Shown here in pieces: positions 49,561 through 58,476 of a stretch of DNA of 64,000 bases. A model generated the notes under the pieces. It saw only the letters and a list, made by a program, of their open reading frames with translations, had not been told where the DNA came from and searched no databases. Source of the DNA: a virus; the IMG/VR virus record IMGVR_UViG_3300027851_001140, positions 1 to 64,000 of that record; one strand, written 5' to 3'. Position 1 is the stretch's first letter, and each line of letters begins with the position of its first letter. The position numbers were made by a program, and so were the translations under genes.

Positions 49561-52488
49561 TCAAGTCTTTTGATCAACCAAGTCTACTACTTCGCACACT
49601 CCTCCTGCGCAGGCTAAGGTCTGACTGCCAGCAGTCATGTCGTACGTTTCGTAGTTTCTCAAAGAAGACCAATCTACATCCGTAGGAAGATCAGCAGATA
49701 GTTTTAGATAAGTGTCTTCGTCTATCTCCTCGTAAGGAGCTTGCCTATACACGTGGTCTGAATGTGGAAGAAAAGATATACCAGAAATTGAGTCTAGGTT
49801 GTTCCAAACCCAAGAGCCTACTTCGAGAAACTCAGAATCTTTGTAGTACACAGTAATAGAAGGCTTGTGCTCGCACCAGTAATCTTGATAAATTTTCCAC
49901 AACTTAAGCTGACTAAGAGCCGCTACGGCACTAGTAGTGACGGAGGTTTCTGGTGCACGTATCGGAAAAGAGAACACCCATACGTTTGGGTTCATCAAGT
50001 CTTCTTCGCACGGAAATCCCCACATTTGCATCATGCTTGCCAGAGGGTCTTTCTTATCGCACCTAACCCTTCTAACGTAGAACTTAGAAAACCTTGGATG
50101 AATTCCGCTCGCAGAATCTACCAACTGACTCACGGTGCCGCTGGGCTTTACACAAGTAATGGCTGTACTTTGGCTTATTTTTAGTTTTCCTGACCACTCC
50201 TTGTTAACGTCTATAGCCTTCTGACGCATTTGAGTAAGCCAAGAGGAAAGGTCGGACGAATCAGGATCTCCAAGTATGGGGTGGTCCATTATGCCAGTGA
50301 GAGAAACGCCTAGAAGCCTTTCTTCTTCTGTATTCTTCTTCCAGATGGGTCTGAGATACCTAAAGTTTGTAACAGTAGACTGCAGCGTCCCCAAAATAGT
50401 GGCGGCTTCCACCTTTAGAAGCAAGTCGGCTAACGTGTCAGAAGGTCTGACAACAACCTCAGACAAGTTGCAAAACTGATAGGGCCTAAGGATAATTTCA
50501 CTACAAGGATTTGTACCAAAATCGTAGTCTGAATCGCGGCGACCATTTTTGGCTACTTGATTTTTACTGGCAGCCCGGCTGAATATGCCCCTCTCTCCCG
50601 ACTTAGACTCGTATAAACTAAGCCATTCGTTTAGAAATACCTGGTAGTCAGGTCTTTCTGTGTAAGAAGCGGAATTATTGGCTAACTGCCTGTGGGGATA
50701 TTCTACCCACCATTGGCCACTTTTAGCTAAACGCATTCTATCATCAGATAAGTTTGAGAGACTGATCAGAGCAGATCTTCGAACTCCTCCCACTACCACA
50801 ATGTCAGCAATCTTACACACTAGATCATGACATTCTAAGGAAGAAAGCTTCCTTCCTGCTGCTTTCTTGAAAAGCGCTACGCAAAACTTAAATAAACTTT
50901 CAAGTGGAGCAGGTCCGGATGCGCGTCCTCCAAACGTCTTGAGGCGAGCCCCTGCAGGTCGTATCTTAGATAGGTCCCACCGAGGAATAGTACCTGAGTA
51001 CAAAAGACTGATAAGTTGGCGAAGGGAAGAGGCCCACCCTATTTTAGAGTCTGCAACAGATATAACAGTATCAACCTCATAAAAGGTGTCCGCCACATCG
51101 GGCAATTTACTGACATACTGTCTTTCTACAGAGAACCCTACGCCAGTGCCACACATCAGTATGTACATCAGCTCGTCAAAAGATCTGACGTGATCTATGG
51201 GTAGGTAGGAACAGTTTCCTGTTACCAAGCCCATATCCAGTACAAAAGTATTTGTGTCAGGGACCTCGGCACAAAAAACCTCGGACAAGGTAGTTTCACC
51301 AGAGAATCCGGTGAATACATAGTGAGATTCCAGAGGCTTAAAGTTCTTTCTCTTACGATCTATCAAAAAATCGTCTGAACACATAGAAGAACGACTGAAG
51401 GACAAGCACCATAATTTCTTTGTGCGCTTACCAAAGTTGGTGTCTTCTGGATATTCGTACTTAGATTGAACAACGTACCCTAAACGAGAGGCTACTCTAT
51501 TAACCCAGGAAATCTCATTCGACCCAACGGCAAGACTTACTTGACTACTTGCACTTACTGTACCGTCTGCTGCAAGCCAGCCGCGCATGAATCCGAGCAA
51601 GTACTGATCGGTCTCGTTCTCCGATGGGAGTTCTTTAAGTTCATGTGTCTTAGCGAAAGATCCATACATCATCACTACGGGGTCTCCTCCGTAAGAAGGA
51701 GGATAAGATACAGGGTACTCAGAGAACCAAGGAAGAGTGTCCTCTTTGTCAGAGCAAATACGTATGTGATACCCCTTAAGCCTCTCCTGAGCATACGTAG
51801 CAGTTCCATCCCCATAAATAAACCCGTGCTGTACGCCAAGCCTGTAGTCCAAGGAGTCCGGGTCAGGCTTTGGACCCGCTACGAACTTGATGCGATCTCC
51901 GGGCTGGAGCTTCTCTGTTGGGACTACAGTACCATCGACAAGAACCCAACGGTGATTAAGAGTGCACCTAACTTCCTTACGAGTATTGGAGTTTAGTCGG
52001 AAGTTTGCCTGAACAACGGGTTGTTCGCCGTAAGACTTAAATGTGGCACGTACCCAGCGACCCTCTACGTTCAAAACTGTGCAGGAAGATCCAGAGAGAG
52101 TACTTATGGGCACAAGGCCGTGCTCATAAGTAAGAACAAGGGTGTCACCTGACACTGGGTTGTACCCAGCAACCGAATCCTTTGTGAGTGCCTTTCCTGC
52201 CGTCATTAGAGCGCGCATGGAAGGCATGGATTTCAGATTTATGATATAGTCTCTCAAAAATCTCCTAGTCTCTTCATATTCAGAGCTAGAAGTAGAGGAA
52301 GACAACAAAACTTCGTCAAAAAAACTAAGGTACCTGTCTACTGTCTCATCCCAAGTCTCTCGTCTCTCCTCTGCTTCTATCCATCGAGAATAGCGAGACA
52401 AATGAATGAACTGTGAGTACAGTGGAGTAGACGTGTTCTTATAAAAGGAATCATGGGTGCTTAAGAAAGAGGTACCAGGTTCAGTCAT
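49561..52488 (-). CDS. nrdJ: Class II (adenosylcobalamin) ribonucleotide reductase, RTPR type, intein-containing
   Basis: RRETWDETVDRY, PSMRALMTAG, N|CSY, GTGVGFSVE, GGVRRSA, TNPCSEI, KPSGTVSQL, C-terminal CAGGVC; start at ATG 52488 with AGGA RBS. Confidence 0.93.
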   Translation of the reverse strand: MTEPGTSFLSTHDSFYKNTSTPLYSQFIHLSRYSRWIEAEERRETWDETVDRYLSFFDEVLLSSSTSSSEYEETRRFLRDYIINLKSMPSMRALMTAGKALTKDSVAGYNPVSGDTLVLTYEHGLVPISTLSGSSCTVLNVEGRWVRATFKSYGEQPVVQANFRLNSNTRKEVRCTLNHRWVLVDGTVVPTEKLQPGDRIKFVAGPKPDPDSLDYRLGVQHGFIYGDGTATYAQERLKGYHIRICSDKEDTLPWFSEYPVSYPPSYGGDPVVMMYGSFAKTHELKELPSENETDQYLLGFMRGWLAADGTVSASSQVSLAVGSNEISWVNRVASRLGYVVQSKYEYPEDTNFGKRTKKLWCLSFSRSSMCSDDFLIDRKRKNFKPLESHYVFTGFSGETTLSEVFCAEVPDTNTFVLDMGLVTGNCSYLPIDHVRSFDELMYILMCGTGVGFSVERQYVSKLPDVADTFYEVDTVISVADSKIGWASSLRQLISLLYSGTIPRWDLSKIRPAGARLKTFGGRASGPAPLESLFKFCVALFKKAAGRKLSSLECHDLVCKIADIVVVGGVRRSALISLSNLSDDRMRLAKSGQWWVEYPHRQLANNSASYTERPDYQVFLNEWLSLYESKSGERGIFSRAASKNQVAKNGRRDSDYDFGTNPCSEIILRPYQFCNLSEVVVRPSDTLADLLLKVEAATILGTLQSTVTNFRYLRPIWKKNTEEERLLGVSLTGIMDHPILGDPDSSDLSSWLTQMRQKAIDVNKEWSGKLKISQSTAITCVKPSGTVSQLVDSASGIHPRFSKFYVRRVRCDKKDPLASMMQMWGFPCEEDLMNPNVWVFSFPIRAPETSVTTSAVAALSQLKLWKIYQDYWCEHKPSITVYYKDSEFLEVGSWVWNNLDSISGISFLPHSDHVYRQAPYEEIDEDTYLKLSADLPTDVDWSSLRNYETYDMTAGSQTLACAGGVCEVVDLVDQKT
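51214..52158 (-). mobile_element. Class 3 intein (315 aa) with LAGLIDADG homing endonuclease
   Basis: Interrupts GYN|CSY. Starts PVSGDT; block B TLNHRW; block F VFCAEV; block G LVTGN|C; LAGLIDADG helices GFIYGDG and GWLAADG. Confidence 0.9.
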
Positions 52489-52518
52489 GTTTCTTCCTAT
52501 AAAGTGTACAGACACAAA

Positions 52519-52549
52519 AGGCAACATACCTAGTTAAAAGGTGTTGCCT
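52519..52549 (-). terminator. Bulged hairpin with T-tract upstream of nrdJ
   Basis: Minus strand AGGCAACA-CCT..AGG-TA-TGTTGCCT followed by TTTGTGT. Confidence 0.5.
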
Positions 52550-52607
52550 CTGCATCATTGTTATGGAGTTTATAGATAAGCGCGGAAAGGTACGGTTTAA
52601 CGCCCAA

Positions 52608-53027
52608 CTACTCCCTAGACAACCAAGTGGCCAAAGACGCCATATATCGCGCTAGATGAGACTCAAGAAGGGACAGTGACAGGTCAATGTCGTCCTCAGT
52701 GGAGGTCGAAAGAAGAGCAGGGACCAAATCAGCCTGAGCAGAACTCCACAACGAAGCATCAGTCTTAAAAGCGTGAACCAGCTTTAGGTAATTGGGAGCA
52801 ACCACCTGTAGAACGTAAGCCTTATCGGAATACGAATTTCTAGGAAGCTTGAGTAAGGAATTCAACATCTCAGAGGTCTCCGACAAGGCACGTGCACGAT
52901 GTATTGTGTAATCGGGAGAGGTAGCGGATTCGAGAGCAAGCAAAGAAGACAAAGCATGAGAGGGCTCCGTGTATCCTTGCTCCTTCAGTAAGGAGTAAAG
53001 CTCATTGATTACTTTTGTGGATTTCAT
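52608..53027 (-). CDS. Hypothetical protein
   Basis: 139-aa helical ORF. Confidence 0.55.
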   Translation of the reverse strand: MKSTKVINELYSLLKEQGYTEPSHALSSLLALESATSPDYTIHRARALSETSEMLNSLLKLPRNSYSDKAYVLQVVAPNYLKLVHAFKTDASLWSSAQADLVPALLSTSTEDDIDLSLSLLESHLARYMASLATWLSRE

Positions 53028-53844
53028 GCTTATCCCTAATAAGAGAAGAAACTGGAACTAGGTGTGAAGACAATGCTGGTGAGAAACATATTCCTGCGTA
53101 TGAGCAACCACTCTTGTGACCTTCCGCTGCATTTACACAAATTCCGTCAGGAATACGGCCGTCTGCAAGGTCTTCTTGCGCTTGTTTGTACAGCCCAAGC
53201 GCTTCTGGGTAGGCCTCCAACGAAGGCTTAACTACAAAAACTTTGAACTTTTCTGGATTATCCCTAGAAAGATAGACAAATATTATCTTGTCTATTCCCC
53301 AATCGTAACTTTCATTAAGGGCACAGGAGTAACAACTAGCTTGTACGATGTGTTTATCATAGGGTTTCTTCAAAGATTCCAGGTTAGAGGAAGAAGTTGT
53401 CTTGAACTCCACAACTGCCTTCCACTTGATGTTTACACCGTCTACGTGCATCCCTAATTCAGAGTTGGGAGCCAACTCATCATATTTTTGAGGTCGCCCA
53501 CAGAGAGGACAAATAGCAGATCCCTCTCTACCATATTCTGTGATACCACAACACGTCCAATTTCCGTATAGGAAGTTGGCCATTCCCAAAAATTGCTGTA
53601 CCACTTCGTGAACGGCAGACCCAATTTTTACGTAAAAGTTGAACTTGTAATCTTCGCTTCTAAGAACTGTCCGTTCCCTGTCGAACCTATTGTGGATGAC
53701 GTACTCCCGTTTGCAGAAAGGAAGTCGTGAAGATCGGAATTTGAAGTCAGCAGGAAGAAGTATCTCTTCTTTCAAAGAGGCCCTGAGGTCTTCTTCTACT
53801 AATGACTCAATTTCTTTTTTTGAAATACGTGATTTTTTAGCCAT
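53002..53844 (-). CDS. Cas4-like PD-(D/E)xK exonuclease with inserted Zn finger
   Basis: SSRLPFCKRE, GSAVHE, HVDG, EFKT, QASCY, C-terminal C..CSYAGIC; insert WTCCG..CPLCG. Confidence 0.75.
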   Translation of the reverse strand: MAKKSRISKKEIESLVEEDLRASLKEEILLPADFKFRSSRLPFCKREYVIHNRFDRERTVLRSEDYKFNFYVKIGSAVHEVVQQFLGMANFLYGNWTCCGITEYGREGSAICPLCGRPQKYDELAPNSELGMHVDGVNIKWKAVVEFKTTSSSNLESLKKPYDKHIVQASCYSCALNESYDWGIDKIIFVYLSRDNPEKFKVFVVKPSLEAYPEALGLYKQAQEDLADGRIPDGICVNAAEGHKSGCSYAGICFSPALSSHLVPVSSLIRDKHEIHKSNQ

Positions 53845-54782
53845 GAAAGCTGGTCACTATCAAGAGAACCTGGATCGTCATCCGGTGAAAGAGAAAGAAT
53901 GTCTACTCGGCGAACTTTACTAACAAGAGTTGGTTTTATCTTGCGGGCAGCAAGTCTACCCGCAGGGTCAGGATCCATCAATATCCATACGTGGTCAAAG
54001 CCGAGGGAAAGAAGAGTGTCTCTTTTTTCGTCAGACCAGTTATTAGACCCTAGAATAGAGAGACAAGGTATCTCATGCTGAAGAAGATTTAGTGCGTCTA
54101 CTTCTCCCTCCACAAGAACTACAGGGCCAGAGTGATGAAAATTTTCCCTTACGTAATCAAATGGAAAAAGTATTCTCTTTGCATCACATCCAGGAACTCT
54201 ATAGTATTTCTGAAATTTGTTACTGTCTAGTCGTCTACCTACGTACCCCATGAGCCTGTTGTGCTGTAGATAGGGCCACAAAATCCTATCTACAGTGAAA
54301 GACTTGCCAGTCTTGGTCACCACAGGTTGAGGCCAAAGATACGAAGGTATCTTACGTAGAAAAGACCTACTCAATCCTCTCCAGATAGGAGCTTTCCACG
54401 AGGAGCACTCAGTCGGAATAGTGTAATCATCGTCTTCCGTCGAAGCCAAAGACGACAACTTTGAAGCCAAAGGAGAAAATACGTTAGTATCTTCCACCTT
54501 CTTGGTGAAGGTGTTTTCGAATACAGTAGTGTTGAAGGGGGCCAGCCCTAACTCTTTAGCGAGTTTATTCCAGCTACCAGACCAGTCACAAACCCAGCAA
54601 TGAGCCTTTCGACCATCCTTGGTAATCTCTAAATGATAGCCAGTATCGTGACCATTTTCGTGCGGGAACGGACAGTTCAATTTAAGATTCCTGGACCCGG
54701 AACTCTTAAACTCTATACCTCCACGAGATAACTCTCCCACTAAATGAGATTCCGCTTCGATAGGGTGTGGCCACTTAAACAT
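53799..54782 (-). CDS. dnaG: DnaG-type DNA primase
   Basis: Zn finger CPFPH..HCWVC, GYVGRRL, TOPRIM VLVEGEVDAL and MDPDPAG. Confidence 0.85.
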   Translation of the reverse strand: MFKWPHPIEAESHLVGELSRGGIEFKSSGSRNLKLNCPFPHENGHDTGYHLEITKDGRKAHCWVCDWSGSWNKLAKELGLAPFNTTVFENTFTKKVEDTNVFSPLASKLSSLASTEDDDYTIPTECSSWKAPIWRGLSRSFLRKIPSYLWPQPVVTKTGKSFTVDRILWPYLQHNRLMGYVGRRLDSNKFQKYYRVPGCDAKRILFPFDYVRENFHHSGPVVLVEGEVDALNLLQHEIPCLSILGSNNWSDEKRDTLLSLGFDHVWILMDPDPAGRLAARKIKPTLVSKVRRVDILSLSPDDDPGSLDSDQLSWLKNHVFQKKKLSH

Positions 54783-54785
54783 GGG

Positions 54786-55085
54786 TCAAGAAGGAGGAGA
54801 TAGGACGGATTCTATTCTATTCATAATAGAATCCCATTCCGGTCCGGATACCTTACCTGCACGTGCGTAGGACAGAACGTCCGAAAGTATCGATATGTGC
54901 TCGTGAGGTGTAACAAGAAGCTGAACCAGTGGTAGCTTTTCTAAAGGACCATCATAAGGCACGTAGTCACTAAGTATGTCCATATCCAGGACACATAGGT
55001 CATCTACAAAGTATTCAAGGTGGGTGTGTCCATCAGAACCCTTAGTTCTAGAAACGGATACAAGAGGAATTCTTAGTGTGTGCAT
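54786..55085 (-). CDS. Hypothetical protein
   Basis: 99-aa ORF, probably leaderless. Confidence 0.55.
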   Translation of the reverse strand: MHTLRIPLVSVSRTKGSDGHTHLEYFVDDLCVLDMDILSDYVPYDGPLEKLPLVQLLVTPHEHISILSDVLSYARAGKVSGPEWDSIMNRIESVLSPPS

Positions 55086-55101
55086 GTAAGCACTTTACAG
55101 G

Positions 55102-55971
55102 TCACCCGCCTTCTCCCTGGCCTCGTACAGGTACTCCTGTTGTACCTAGTGTGTTCCCAGGACCAAACTCGCCAGCTGCCTCGGAAGAAAACTGAATTCC
55201 AGGAACAAAGGCAGACCGCCACGAAGAGATAAGACGCTGGGCACTGTAGAATGGAGGCTCAGTAGACCGTATCTTGAATGTAGCATTCCAAGATAGAGTT
55301 GCTGGGTTGGACGCGTCTTCCGAGAAGGAAAGACCTTCTGGCGTAAAGAAACCTCTCATGAATATCTCAGGATATACAAGAGAGTGGTACGCAATGAAGA
55401 CAAAGTTAGGCCTGCCATCCCTCAGTATTTTAGGTTGGTTCAGTATGTCAAAGAAGTCGTAAAAGTCCAGGAGACCAGGAGGAAGACTCACAGCCTGTTG
55501 TGAGGTTACATTTCCGTTGCTCTTTTGAAGTACTTCTTGACCTATACGAACAGGCATTATATTACCTGCTTGAAATGTAAACGAAACTGTGGGCTCGTCA
55601 AAGAAGGTGGAACGAGACCCGTTTCTCCATACATGAGTAATAGTTCCTGAGCGAGTCTGCTGCTGTGCAGCCCTCATAGGAAAATTCCACTGTGTGTTGG
55701 ACGGGCCAGACCAAAAAAGTATGTAGCGCCCTTGAACGGCCAAGGATTCGGTAGTTATGATGAGGGGAGTTCCGTTATACCTGTAGGGTCCTCTGGAGTC
55801 TCCACTACCTGTTTTTGAGGAAAAGGCGATACTACTTTGAGGGGCTCGTTGAGCCAGATCGCGTATGAGCCTCTCTTCGTCTCTAACGTAAGAACGTAGA
55901 ACAGAAAACGCTCCGCCTAGAACGTCGGTGGACTCGGCTCCAATAGTAGAATTAGCTGCGGGTGAACTCAT
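55102..55971 (-). CDS. Tail tube initiator/baseplate-like protein
   Basis: QQQTRSG..W..FDEPTVSF and RGFF..SFSEDASNPATLSWNATF pattern. Confidence 0.5.
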   Translation of the reverse strand: MSSPAANSTIGAESTDVLGGAFSVLRSYVRDEERLIRDLAQRAPQSSIAFSSKTGSGDSRGPYRYNGTPLIITTESLAVQGRYILFWSGPSNTQWNFPMRAAQQQTRSGTITHVWRNGSRSTFFDEPTVSFTFQAGNIMPVRIGQEVLQKSNGNVTSQQAVSLPPGLLDFYDFFDILNQPKILRDGRPNFVFIAYHSLVYPEIFMRGFFTPEGLSFSEDASNPATLSWNATFKIRSTEPPFYSAQRLISSWRSAFVPGIQFSSEAAGEFGPGNTLGTTGVPVRGQGEGG

Positions 55972-55995
55972 AGTACTCTCTCATTGCTACATAAC

Positions 55996-56032
55996 AAGAG
56001 AGGGCCCCATAGAAACTATGGGGCCCTCTCTT
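55996..56032 (-). terminator. 17-bp perfect hairpin, probable terminator
   Basis: AAGAGAGGGCCCCATAG-aaa-CTATGGGGCCCTCTCTT. Confidence 0.75.
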
Positions 56033-56055
56033 TCAATATGAAGACATGCTAATAT

Positions 56056-56781
56056 TCATTCTGAAAATTCAGAATCTTCATCAGCTAAATGAAGTACACC
56101 AGTAAGTTCGGAGTATCTTTCCTTGGCGTACTTCTGGACTATACCGGAGGTACTGTCGATAAGAAAACTAAGGTCAGATTCTGTGAGGTCCATCGACATG
56201 AGTTCGGACTTAACCTGACGACTCTTCATGTCCTTACTTGCCAGAGAAGCCACCAGCGTCTGTACTCTAATGTTCACATCAGAGTATTCCTCATCTTCAT
56301 CCTCCGGTTCCGCATCCTCTATCACGTCAGAGGGCTTTGACATAGCAGGAGAAGACTTAGATGAGTACTCACTACCCAACGAAGTCAGGTCATCACCATC
56401 GTCGTTAACAGATCTTGCCTTCTGTACAGCGGAAGAGCGAGCCGTAAGGCGAGCTGTAGCCTCAGCCAAAGCTTCCCTAACGGCAGGGTCAGACAGTTCC
56501 TTTTCGGCCTGCTCCTGCGTGACCAGAGCAAGGGCCCGTCTGTCTAGGCACTCCCTCAAATCCTTAGAGTTCCTTATCATAGAAGGAGTGGCCCGGTTAG
56601 AAAGGCAGACCGGAAACTTAGTGTTTGGTATTATTTCTCGGTGGGTACGAGTACCATCATTCAAGGTAATAACTAGTGCTCCCCTTTTGGGGTAAATGTT
56701 TCTTACGTAAATCGGTTGCTTGCTGTCTAGCAAGTCGTCAAGATATACGAAGGCACTCTTGTCTTTGTCGTACAATGTCAT
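56056..56781 (-). CDS. Hypothetical, possibly virion-associated protein
   Basis: GAGG RBS; IRNSKDLRECLDRRALALV; acidic linker. Confidence 0.55.
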   Translation of the reverse strand: MTLYDKDKSAFVYLDDLLDSKQPIYVRNIYPKRGALVITLNDGTRTHREIIPNTKFPVCLSNRATPSMIRNSKDLRECLDRRALALVTQEQAEKELSDPAVREALAEATARLTARSSAVQKARSVNDDGDDLTSLGSEYSSKSSPAMSKPSDVIEDAEPEDEDEEYSDVNIRVQTLVASLASKDMKSRQVKSELMSMDLTESDLSFLIDSTSGIVQKYAKERYSELTGVLHLADEDSEFSE

Positions 56782-56945
56782 TCTGACCTCTTAGGCTCAT
56801 GGGTGAGATTGGGTTTAGTCTTTGGGTCTTGGTCAAAACCTTCGGACGAAGAATCATCCAAAGGTTTTCTCTTCTTTAGTTTTTCTTCTAGAGAAGAGGG
56901 AACATCATCTGTGTGAACTACTTCACCATATCGGACTGTAGGCAT
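56778..56945 (-). CDS. Small protein, 55 aa (absent from ORF track)
   Basis: MPTVRYGEVVHTDD...PKRSE*; AAGGA RBS; ATGA overlap with the next gene. Confidence 0.6.
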   Translation of the reverse strand: MPTVRYGEVVHTDDVPSSLEEKLKKRKPLDDSSSEGFDQDPKTKPNLTHEPKRSE

Positions 56946-56955
56946 ATATTTCCTT

Positions 56956-57918
56956 TTACAAAGAAGAAGGCATTATTCCTTTTTTGTCGAATAAAGAGGA
57001 TTCCCATATAGTAGACGCAAATCTTCTAGTTCTGCTCCACCTACCATTGCGTATCGACCAGTGCCATCTTCCGTAAGTTGACTCCGCTAGTCTTCTTAGG
57101 AGTAATTTAGAAAAGGAATTCTGATTTTTCGAAGGATTATCTATCTGGTCGGTGCAAGAAGACAATATCCTGAAGGCTGTATAAGGAGAATTTACGCTGT
57201 GGCTCCAAAATACTGCCAGGGAAAGGTCGTAGGAAGGAGTTATAGTATCTACTTCGTAAAGTAGTTCGTTAACAGTAACTCCCCCTAAACGCCTAGAGTT
57301 AGCCAAAGTTAGAAAGTGGGAAGAACCAAATTCTATCTGTGAATCAAAGGTTTTTGGGTCGGAGAATAATTTGTGAAAGCAAACGGCCCATTTTGCTGAT
57401 TGGTCCCAACGTGGTCCTGTCCGAGGAACTTTCCCTCCCAATGGAGTAAGCCTATCCCTTATATCCGACCCAAAAACCTTAGACCCTGCAGTTATAATCA
57501 AGCGTCGGTTAGAAATCTTTATGCTGCAGTCTTCTAGGTACCTCAGATGGCCATCTTGAGATATATACCAATTGTTTTCTCTTAGAAGAGAACTCAAATC
57601 CGAATAAGGAGTCAGCTGAGGTACTAGCTCGAACTTGCGCAAAAGAGACCACAAAGCTCCTTGGTCATTCTCTGCGTAAAAGTCCTCTGATGCCAATTCC
57701 TTGGGGTAGACCGCCACTGCCTGATGAAGTCCGGCCGTCACTGCCGTCCCATCATACATAGTTATGGAGCCAAATTTGGCGCCGGATTCGACTAGGGAAG
57801 TTAGATAAAGAACTCTTTCCCAATGACCCGAAGATGAGTTATCAAAAGGAAATCTGTGAGATCCTATTATCTGTGGACCTGAGTACGAACCAAAGGTACG
57901 GTGGCGGACGTTAGTCAT
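56956..57918 (-). CDS. Lysozyme-fold peptidoglycan hydrolase candidate (endolysin)
   Basis: LVESGAKFGSITMYDGTAVTAGLHQ resembles the lysozyme-superfamily E...YD...G..Q core. Confidence 0.5.
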   Translation of the reverse strand: MTNVRHRTFGSYSGPQIIGSHRFPFDNSSSGHWERVLYLTSLVESGAKFGSITMYDGTAVTAGLHQAVAVYPKELASEDFYAENDQGALWSLLRKFELVPQLTPYSDLSSLLRENNWYISQDGHLRYLEDCSIKISNRRLIITAGSKVFGSDIRDRLTPLGGKVPRTGPRWDQSAKWAVCFHKLFSDPKTFDSQIEFGSSHFLTLANSRRLGGVTVNELLYEVDTITPSYDLSLAVFWSHSVNSPYTAFRILSSCTDQIDNPSKNQNSFSKLLLRRLAESTYGRWHWSIRNGRWSRTRRFASTIWESSLFDKKGIMPSSL

Positions 57919-58436
57919 TCCTTCGAAGAACGTTTTTTCCTACGCTTAGGAGTTGAGGTAGAACCTTCCTCAGTTTGAGACGCAGAAACGTCGTCAGAAA
58001 TGTCGCTGCTTTCCGTTGATACGGGTGCAGTGTCATGATCGTAGTCGGAAGAAACTGCTGCCTCCGAAATTTCGACAGAAGACGTTTCCAGCTGTTCCTG
58101 TTCCTGTTCCTGTTCCTGTTCCTGTTCCTGTTCCTGTTCCTCAGATAAGGCAGGAGACTCCTTAGAAACTAAGGGTGAGGCAACAGGCTCCGGCAAAACG
58201 TCCGCTGGGGCCGGGTCGACCGAAGCTTCTACCCTAACAGCGGATGGGGTCTTAGAAGCACCTGTTGTATTAGCAGCTGAATTGGATGCTACAGGGGTGA
58301 CTGCTACACCAAATTTAGCAAGTTCTCGTGCAGTGAAAGAGTCCAGGTTAGCACTAAACTTTGCGTAGGGCTTAACTCTAACTTTTCCAACGAAAACAAG
58401 ACTTCCGTTTGGATTTTTAACGTCATATCTAGGCAT
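57915..58436 (-). CDS. Hypothetical protein with low-complexity tail
   Basis: GGAG RBS; (EQ)8 tract. Confidence 0.6.
   Translation of the reverse strand: MPRYDVKNPNGSLVFVGKVRVKPYAKFSANLDSFTARELAKFGVAVTPVASNSAANTTGASKTPSAVRVEASVDPAPADVLPEPVASPLVSKESPALSEEQEQEQEQEQEQEQEQLETSSVEISEAAVSSDYDHDTAPVSTESSDISDDVSASQTEEGSTSTPKRRKKRSSKE
58092..58139. repeat. Perfect (CTGTTC)8 microsatellite
   Basis: Eight exact hexamers encoding (EQ)8. Confidence 0.95.
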
Positions 58437-58476
58437 AGATTACTCCAGTAAACATAAGACTATGAAAGTCTGGATG

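Noticed and set aside
52489-52607. Cobalamin riboswitch or NrdR box upstream of nrdJ
   Set aside because: The gap is only about 120 bp, no B12-box or NrdR palindrome was recognised, and a simple terminator-like hairpin explains the structure.
53002-53844. CRISPR-Cas locus
   Set aside because: No repeat-spacer array and no cas1/cas2 seen; the Cas4-like gene stands alone.
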